Source of the DNA: Alphaproteobacteria bacterium
GTDB lineage: Bacteria > Pseudomonadota > Alphaproteobacteria > UBA828
Assembly (NCBI GenBank): GCA_965237415.1
Contig: CBDEFM010000002.1
Span: forward strand, 2,048,001 to 2,112,000
DNA length: 64,000 nucleotides
Direction of reading: 5' to 3'
The position numbers and the translations under genes were made by a program. The notes under the pieces are model-generated. The model did no database searches and was not told the origin of the DNA. It saw nothing but the letters and a program-made list of their open reading frames with translations. Of the stretch, positions 58,340-64,000 are shown in pieces (within the stretch, counting starts at the first letter, position 1; each line of letters begins with the position of its first letter).

Positions 58340-59488
58340 CTACGCCGCCGGCTGGGAGTGTGAGACGCGGTTGCCCGGATGTCTGTCCAGGCGTCCCGCC
58401 AACTCAAGCTCCAGCAAAATGGTCGCCACCATCGCGGGAGTCAACCGGCTCTGACGCACCAGAAGGTCCACCGGCACCGGGTTCGGCCCGAGCAGGGCGG
58501 CCACAGTCTCGCGGGCGTCGGCCGGCGCCTCGTCCTCCTCGGGCACGCCGAGAGCGGCGTCGGAGGGCCACTGTTGCCTGGGCTCGCCGAGCACCGGGCG
58601 GCCGCCTTCGGCCAGCGCATCGAGCACGTCATCCGCATTCTCCACCAGCGTCGCTCCTTGTCGGATCAAGCCGTTAGGGCCGCTCGCGCGGGGGTCGAGG
58701 GGCGAGCCGGGGACCGCCATCACCTCGCGGCCCTGCTCCAGCGCGAGCCGCGCCGTGATCAGCGAGCCCGAGCGCGCCGCCCCCTCGACGACCACCACGC
58801 CGCGGGAGAGGCCCGCGATGATGCGATTGCGGCGCGGGAAGTGGCGCCCCATGGGCACGGTGCCGAGCGGCGCCTCCGAGATCGCCGTGCCCTCCGCCAG
58901 CAGCCGCTCGAAGAGCGACCGGTTCTCCTTGGGATAGACCACGTCCACGCCGCCGCCCATGACCGCCACGGTGCCGGTCTCGATTGCGCCGGCATGGGCG
59001 CGGGCGTCGATGCCTCGCGCCATGCCCGAGACCACGGTGAGACCGGCCGCGCCGAGATCGGCCGCCAGACGTTCCGCGAAGTGCATCCCGTTCGCCGACG
59101 CGTTGCGCGCGCCCACCACCGCGATGGACTCGGCCAGCAGCAAATCCGCACGGCCCCGCAGGGCGATGACCGGGGGCGGGTCGGCGATGGCGGCGAGCGC
59201 CTGGGGGTAGGCGGGCTCGACCAGCGCGATCATGCGCCCGCCGAGCGCGGTCAGAGCTTCGACTTCGCGCTCTGCGGCGGCACGCGAGCAGACCTTGATG
59301 GGACGCCGCCTGCCGCCGCGGCGGGCCAGCGCCGGCAACGCATCGAGCACTGCGGCGGGCGAGCCGAACCGGTCCAACAGTGCGAAAAAGGTGATCGGGC
59401 CTACGTTCTCGCAACGGGCGAGACGCAGCCAATCGAGGCGCTCAGCCTCCGAGAGCGTGCGGCGCTCGGTGGTGTCGGCGACGTTCAT
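58340..59488 (-). CDS. dprA: DNA-processing protein DprA
   Basis: VVGARNAS, SGMARGID, FPRRNRII, SGSLITA, AVPGSPLDPR. Confidence 0.95.
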   Translation of the reverse strand: MNVADTTERRTLSEAERLDWLRLARCENVGPITFFALLDRFGSPAAVLDALPALARRGGRRRPIKVCSRAAAEREVEALTALGGRMIALVEPAYPQALAAIADPPPVIALRGRADLLLAESIAVVGARNASANGMHFAERLAADLGAAGLTVVSGMARGIDARAHAGAIETGTVAVMGGGVDVVYPKENRSLFERLLAEGTAISEAPLGTVPMGRHFPRRNRIIAGLSRGVVVVEGAARSGSLITARLALEQGREVMAVPGSPLDPRASGPNGLIRQGATLVENADDVLDALAEGGRPVLGEPRQQWPSDAALGVPEEDEAPADARETVAALLGPNPVPVDLLVRQSRLTPAMVATILLELELAGRLDRHPGNRVSHSQPAA

Positions 59489-60135
59489 TGGCCCTCCGGG
59501 GGTTCGGCCTCAGGCGCGGCCGGGGTGCTCCGGCCGATGCGGGGCTCGCGGCCCCGCGCGAGGCGCACGATGTTTCCCCCATGGCGCAGCGTGACGATGA
59601 CCGCGAGGAAGCCGGCGAGCCACGCGATCTGCGGCATGTCGAAGACGAGCGCGAACCCCGGCGCCGCACATATCGCAATCATTGCGGCGAGGGACGAATA
59701 GCGGAAGAGTCCGGCGACGGCGAGCCAGAGGCCGCAGGCGATCAAGCCCACCGGCCACGCGATCGCGAGCAGAACGCCGAGGGTCGTGGCCACGCCCTTG
59801 CCGCCCTTGAAGAGCAGCCAGATCGGCGCGATGTGGCCGACGACAACGGCGCCGGCGGCGATCACCGCCATGTCGGGGCCGAAGCGCTGGGCGATGACCA
59901 CAGCGACGGCGCCCTTGCCGCCATCGAGCAGCAGGGTGAGCGCCGCTGCCGCCTTGTTGCCGGTGCGCAGAACATTGGTGGCCCCGATATTGCCCGAGCC
60001 GATGCGGCGCAGGTCGCCGAGCTTGAAGAGGCGCGCCACGATCAGCCCCATGGGGAGCGCGCCGATCAGATAGGCGATGACCCCGCCGGCGTAGAACGGC
60101 CACGTAAAGGCGATGTTGCCGAGCGGATCGGGCAC
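59485..60135 (-). CDS. plsY: Glycerol-3-phosphate acyltransferase PlsY
   Basis: GSGNIGATNVLR, DGGKG, FKGGKGVAT, RH..NI.RL; likely GTG start at 60135. Confidence 0.93.
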   Translation of the reverse strand: MPDPLGNIAFTWPFYAGGVIAYLIGALPMGLIVARLFKLGDLRRIGSGNIGATNVLRTGNKAAAALTLLLDGGKGAVAVVIAQRFGPDMAVIAAGAVVVGHIAPIWLLFKGGKGVATTLGVLLAIAWPVGLIACGLWLAVAGLFRYSSLAAMIAICAAPGFALVFDMPQIAWLAGFLAVIVTLRHGGNIVRLARGREPRIGRSTPAAPEAEPPEGQ

Positions 60136-60151
60136 CGGCGCCGCCCCCCGG

Positions 60152-60338
60152 CTAGTGTCCCGTCCCGGATATACGCGCCAGCAACGCTGTCCGCCCACCG
60201 TCATGCCCGGACTTGTTCCGGGCATCTCGTCGCGCCGGGGGAGGCCGGGCATCCTCGTGGATGGCCGGGACAAGCCCGGCCATGACGGGAAAGGGAACGC
60301 TGGAAGCAGTCATGTCTGTTTCCGGGACACGACGCTAG
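60152..60338. repeat. REP-like palindromic element with CTAG ends
   Basis: Inner GTCATGCCCGGACTTGTTCCGGGCATC...GATGGCCGGGACAAGCCCGGCCATGAC; outer CTAGTGTCCCGTCCCGGA / TCCGGGACACGACGCTAG. Confidence 0.8.
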
Positions 60339-61366
60339 GGCCGCATGATCATGCGGCCGAAGAAGTTGCGGCTCTCCATGAGCTCGTGAGCCGCAGACGC
60401 CTCGCTCAGGGAGAAGGTCTGGTGGATCACGGGCTTGAGATGGCCCTCCGCCATCAGCCGGAGCGCCTGCTCGACATGGGTCTTGGTCGAGCGCCCGCAG
60501 CCGTGCACCGAGATGTGCTTGCGGAAGAACTCGATGAAGTCGATCTCCACCCGCTCGCCGCCGTGGGCGCCGATGGTCGCGAGCCGGGCGCCGGGTGCGA
60601 GCGCATCGATGGCACCCACCAGGATCGCGCCGCCGGTCATCTCCAGCGCCGCATCGACGCCGCGGCCATCGGTGAGCCGCCGCGCCGCGTCGCCGATACC
60701 CTCGCGGGTGTAGTCGATTGCAGCGTCGGCGCCGAGGGCACGAGCCTTCTCCAGCTTCTCCTCGGAGCCCGCGGCGGCGATCACCCGTGCGCCCGCGAGC
60801 TTCGCGATCTGCACCGCGGCGGAGCCAACGCCGCCGCCCGCCGCCGTGATCAGCACCGTCTCGCCCGGGCGGAGGCCGATCTCCTCGATCAACGCCTCCC
60901 AGGCCGTCGCGAAGGGAATTTGACCGGCCACCGCATCCTCATAGGAAAGCGCGTCGGGGATGCGGACAACGTGGTCGTGGCGCACCTTTACGTACTCGGC
61001 ATAGCCGCCCCAATGGGTGACGCCCAGCACGCCGGCGTTCATGCACAGATTCTCGCGGCCGTCGCGGCAGTCGCCGCAGGCGCCACAGCTCAGCATGAAG
61101 TGGGGTGCGACCCGGTCGCCCTCGTCGAACCCCGTCACCCCGGCGCCGACGTCTGCAACGGCGCCAGCCGCGTCGACCCCCATGACGTGCGGCATGGAGC
61201 TTTCCACGCCGAAGAGACCCTTGCGCAGGTCGGTATCGCAATGGTTCACGCCGGAGGCATGGACCTTGATGAGGAGCTCGCCGGGACCCGCCGCCGGCGT
61301 CTGCACATCCTCGTAGACGAGCGTATCGAACGCCTCGCCATAGCCGTGAATCACCGCAGCCTTCAT
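60335..61366 (-). CDS. Zinc-binding alcohol dehydrogenase (MDR) family protein
   Basis: CGACGDC..ENLC structural Zn site, AAGGGVG, FGRMIM. Confidence 0.9.
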   Translation of the reverse strand: MKAAVIHGYGEAFDTLVYEDVQTPAAGPGELLIKVHASGVNHCDTDLRKGLFGVESSMPHVMGVDAAGAVADVGAGVTGFDEGDRVAPHFMLSCGACGDCRDGRENLCMNAGVLGVTHWGGYAEYVKVRHDHVVRIPDALSYEDAVAGQIPFATAWEALIEEIGLRPGETVLITAAGGGVGSAAVQIAKLAGARVIAAAGSEEKLEKARALGADAAIDYTREGIGDAARRLTDGRGVDAALEMTGGAILVGAIDALAPGARLATIGAHGGERVEIDFIEFFRKHISVHGCGRSTKTHVEQALRLMAEGHLKPVIHQTFSLSEASAAHELMESRNFFGRMIMRP

Positions 61367-62322
61367 CGCCTCCCTCCCGCAACCCGGACCCTTGCGCGCC
61401 TCTCCGCCGGGGCAGTCATTGCTGCCACCGCCGCGGCGGCCCGATGGACGCTCGTGTGCCGGCGCGCGAGGCGGTCGAGATCGTCAGCATAGCCTCCGCC
61501 GACCACGCAGGCAGTCGGCACCCCGGCCGCGCGGCAGGTCTCGATCACGTAACGGTCGCGCCTGGCAAGCCCCTCGTCGCCGAGGGCGAGCCGGCCGAGC
61601 TTGTCCTCCCAATGGGGATCGACTCCGGCATTGTAGAACACGATGTCCGGCCGATGGCGGGCGATGAGGGTCGGCAGGTGGGTCGCGAGCACCGAGTGAT
61701 AGACCCCATCGCCGGTGCCGGGCGGGACGCCGATGTCGAGATCGCTCGTCTCCTTGGCCGGCGGATAGTTCGCCTCGCAATGGAGCGAGAAGGTGAAGGT
61801 CTCCGGCTCGCCCTGGAAGATCGCGGCGGTGCCGTCGCCCTGATGGACGTCGAGATCGACCACCAGCGCCCGCTCGATCAGCCCCTCCTGGCGCAGAACG
61901 CGGATCGCGACGGCGACATCGTTGAAGAGGCAGAAGCCCGCGCCATGATCGGCGAAGGCGTGGTGGCTGCCGCCGGCGGTGTTGCAGGCAAGCCCGTGGG
62001 CGAGCGCGAGACGGCCGGTAAGCACGGTGCCGCCGACCGCCGCACGGCCGCGCCGCACCAGTGGGGCCGAGAGCGGCAGACCGAGGCGGCGCACCGCGCG
62101 CCGGTCGAGCGCCAGCGCCAGCACCGCCTCCACATACGCGTCGTCATGGGCGAGGGTGAGCCACGCGCGGGACGCAGGCAGAGGCTCGACGAGGCTCGCC
62201 GGCGAAATCACGCCGTCCTCAAGCAGCACGTCCTTGATCCGGCCGAACTTCCCGATGGGAAAGCGATGGCCGGGCGGCAGCGGGACCGTGTAGTCCGGGT
62301 GGAAGACGACCGAAAGAGCCAC
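61363..62322 (-). CDS. Histone deacetylase family protein
   Basis: [36 protein letters not shown]; start uncertain (62322 or 62376). Confidence 0.92.
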   Translation of the reverse strand: MALSVVFHPDYTVPLPPGHRFPIGKFGRIKDVLLEDGVISPASLVEPLPASRAWLTLAHDDAYVEAVLALALDRRAVRRLGLPLSAPLVRRGRAAVGGTVLTGRLALAHGLACNTAGGSHHAFADHGAGFCLFNDVAVAIRVLRQEGLIERALVVDLDVHQGDGTAAIFQGEPETFTFSLHCEANYPPAKETSDLDIGVPPGTGDGVYHSVLATHLPTLIARHRPDIVFYNAGVDPHWEDKLGRLALGDEGLARRDRYVIETCRAAGVPTACVVGGGYADDLDRLARRHTSVHRAAAAVAAMTAPAERRARVRVAGGRR

Positions 62323-62375
62323 AGGCGCCGTTTGCAAAGCTATAGGATGGACAGCACGTTCTCGGGCGGACGGCA

Positions 62376-62414
62376 TAGCCCGGATTTCTCGCCACGGTCA
62401 CGGCCTGCGTCGCG
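62376..62414 (+). repeat. Solo terminus of the CTAG MITE-like family
   Basis: TAGCCCGGATTTCTCGCCACGGTCACGGCCTGCGTCGCG closely matches 24095-24133. Confidence 0.75.
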
Positions 62415-62614
62415 TTAGTGGCAGTCTGTCCCCGCGCCGCGATGTCAAGTCCAGCCTAACCGGTTGTTGCAAGGTCATATTGCACCATCTGGCCCTTCCT
62501 GCACGAACACCGACGACAGCAAGGTGTAAGCAAGCCGCAAGAGGATTGAGAATTACTCCCGCGTATCACAGGGCGCCCGGGTCATATCAATGTCCATCTC
62601 AGCGGGCCGGGTAG

Positions 62615-62649
62615 GAGAGGTCGTAAAGGTTCGGTCGAGCCGGTATGGG
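62615..62649 (+). repeat. 35-bp direct repeat, copy 1
   Basis: GAGAGGTCGTAAAGGTTCGGTCGAGCCGGTATGGG versus 63786-63821. Confidence 0.75.
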
Positions 62650-62932
62650 GGTGAGTGAAAGTTTCGTCGTGCGGCGATGACGGGATTCGTATCAGCGGCT
62701 GCAGGGATAGGCTCCCCTGGGTTCCTAGGGCAGCCTGTCGCGGTCGTAGCATCCGCGCCGCTGAGTGGTCTCAACACAGCCCCTTCGCGATGCCTTGTAT
62801 ACGGCGCCTGTGAAGGTTAAGGAACCAGTGCCGATCGCCCCCAGAACCAGCAACGCGACATCCCATGGCGACGAGAGTGCCGGGGCGGGGCACATGATCG
62901 AGCGGCATGACCGCAACGACCAGGAGGCGCAA

Positions 62933-63673
62933 GTGGTCAAGATCGGGGTGCTTATCGTCGGCTCGCTGTATTGGGACCTTGAGTCACCTCGACCGCGCTG
63001 GCGTGCCGAACGCCTTGACTGTGCGCATCAGGAGCATGTGAGGGTCCCCATCCGCTACGGACGGCGCTCAACCAAGAGGGGATATTCTTACACCATGGTT
63101 GTCTCGCCGGCGCTGGGTGCCGACGAATTGGGCACTGCGATCGCGGTCCCATACCATTCCTGCAATCTCGTTGAGGAGGCCGAAGAGCTTTGGGCGGCCG
63201 AGGACAACAGCAATAATGCGCCGACGGGCCGCATTTCGGCTGGCTTCGGCTGCGTGGCTCTTCTGGAAAACCCAGACCTTCTCCTTTCGGACGAACTGCG
63301 CAAGGCGTGGACGGGCCGTGTAGAACGAGAGGAGGACTACAAGACTCCGATACGTATGGATGGGGAAGACAGAGACGTGGTCGATCCGCGTTCCGGCTTC
63401 CTGACAATCGATTGGCCGCGGACGGTGGCCGGACCGCCACTCGGTTGGAGCGCGCTGCTTGTCACCGCGACCAGCCCCAGGGGCCCCCAGCGGTCTTCTC
63501 GCCGCCACCCCTCGCCACGGGAGATCGCCGACGCTTGGAACATTCCGGAAGACCGCGACTCGCGGTCTCGCCGAACGGTGGACTACTTCTGGAAGAACCG
63601 GGAAAACGGGATCACGACCCATCAGGACCCTGAGATCCAGGCTCAGCTCAGGCAACTGGGCCTGACGCCGTAA
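62933..63673 (+). CDS. Hypothetical protein (N-terminal xxGSLxWD, possibly gamma-glutamylcyclotransferase-like fold)
   Basis: KIGVLIVGSLYWD..PIRYGRRS..YTMV..YF..N..GI.T; RBS AGGAGG before GTG 62933. Confidence 0.7.
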   Translation: MVKIGVLIVGSLYWDLESPRPRWRAERLDCAHQEHVRVPIRYGRRSTKRGYSYTMVVSPALGADELGTAIAVPYHSCNLVEEAEELWAAEDNSNNAPTGRISAGFGCVALLENPDLLLSDELRKAWTGRVEREEDYKTPIRMDGEDRDVVDPRSGFLTIDWPRTVAGPPLGWSALLVTATSPRGPQRSSRRHPSPREIADAWNIPEDRDSRSRRTVDYFWKNRENGITTHQDPEIQAQLRQLGLTP

Positions 63674-63761
63674 CTGATCGGCCCGACCCCACATGTTGAT
63701 CCGAACTGACATACCCACCGGTTCGGGCAGGACACCGGATTGCGACGACTCAGGCGCCGTG

Positions 63762-63821
63762 ATACCGGCCCCACCGAACCTTTACGAGAGGTCGGTAAAG
63801 GTTCGGTCGGGCCGGTATGGG
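63762..63821. repeat. Long hairpin containing direct repeat copy 2
   Basis: ATACCGGCCC-C-ACCGAACCTTTAC loop GTAAAGGTTCGGT-C-GGGCCGGTAT, immediately 3' of the DUF4338 gene. Confidence 0.75.
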
Positions 63822-63831
63822 TCGGTGGATT

Positions 63832-63999
63832 TTACCGATTGAGGGTTCGCTTCCAATCTCTTCGCAGGGGCCGAAGCCAGATGTCCTTCCTGGGCTTGTC
63901 GTACAGCTTGTCCCGGTCGTATCGGCCGCGCCCCTTGGTCGCTCCGACATGGATCCAGCCGGAGGCTCTGTAGACGGCTCCGGTGTAGCGGGGCGTCTC
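63832..63999 (-). CDS. DUF4338 (Druantia DruA-like) domain protein, C-terminal fragment
   Basis: Manual translation ETPRYTGAVYRASGWIHVGATKGRGRYDR..PRKDIWLRPL..LNR*, matching the G..YRA..W..VG.T.GRG DUF4338 motif. Confidence 0.8.
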   Translation of the reverse strand, partial: ETPRYTGAVYRASGWIHVGATKGRGRYDRDKLYDKPRKDIWLRPLRRDWKRTLNR

Positions 64000-64000
64000 G

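Noticed and set aside
62420-63830. Integron attC cassette interpretation
   Set aside because: No clear RYYYAAC/GTTRRRY-bounded attC and no integrase visible in the window
1-64000. rRNA, tRNA, riboswitch or intact transposase/integrase
   Set aside because: None recognised by eye; tRNAscan-SE and Infernal would be needed to exclude small RNAs

Overview
GC-rich bacterial chromosomal DNA. The plsY-dprA-topA-rnr block and an alphaproteobacterial-type palindromic repeat point to an Alphaproteobacterium (inference). Most of the window is accessory catabolism and transport: two atypical gamma-glutamyltransferase-family hydrolases; a decaying hydroxyphenylacetate (hpa)-like meta-cleavage cluster with an internally deleted aldehyde dehydrogenase and a frameshifted CoA ligase; a sugar-type and a polyamine-type ABC importer; a CocE/NonD hydrolase operon with a three-domain (single-chain trimer) RidA protein; a DddK/DddW-like cupin; several SDRs and amidohydrolases; and gabD. 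A housekeeping block follows, and a DUF4338 gene fragment lies at the right edge. The intergenic DNA holds several repeat families: a 271-bp CTAG-ended MITE-like element (2 full copies plus solo ends, often sharing stop codons with genes), a dispersed element with helically phased ATCCC(ACTTA) / GGG-tract arrays (2 copies), a 36-bp tandem repeat related to part of that element, a REP-like palindrome, and a 35-bp direct repeat flanking an orphan ORF. No rRNA, tRNA, CRISPR array or intact transposase was recognised. All calls were made by eye from motifs; no database search was run.
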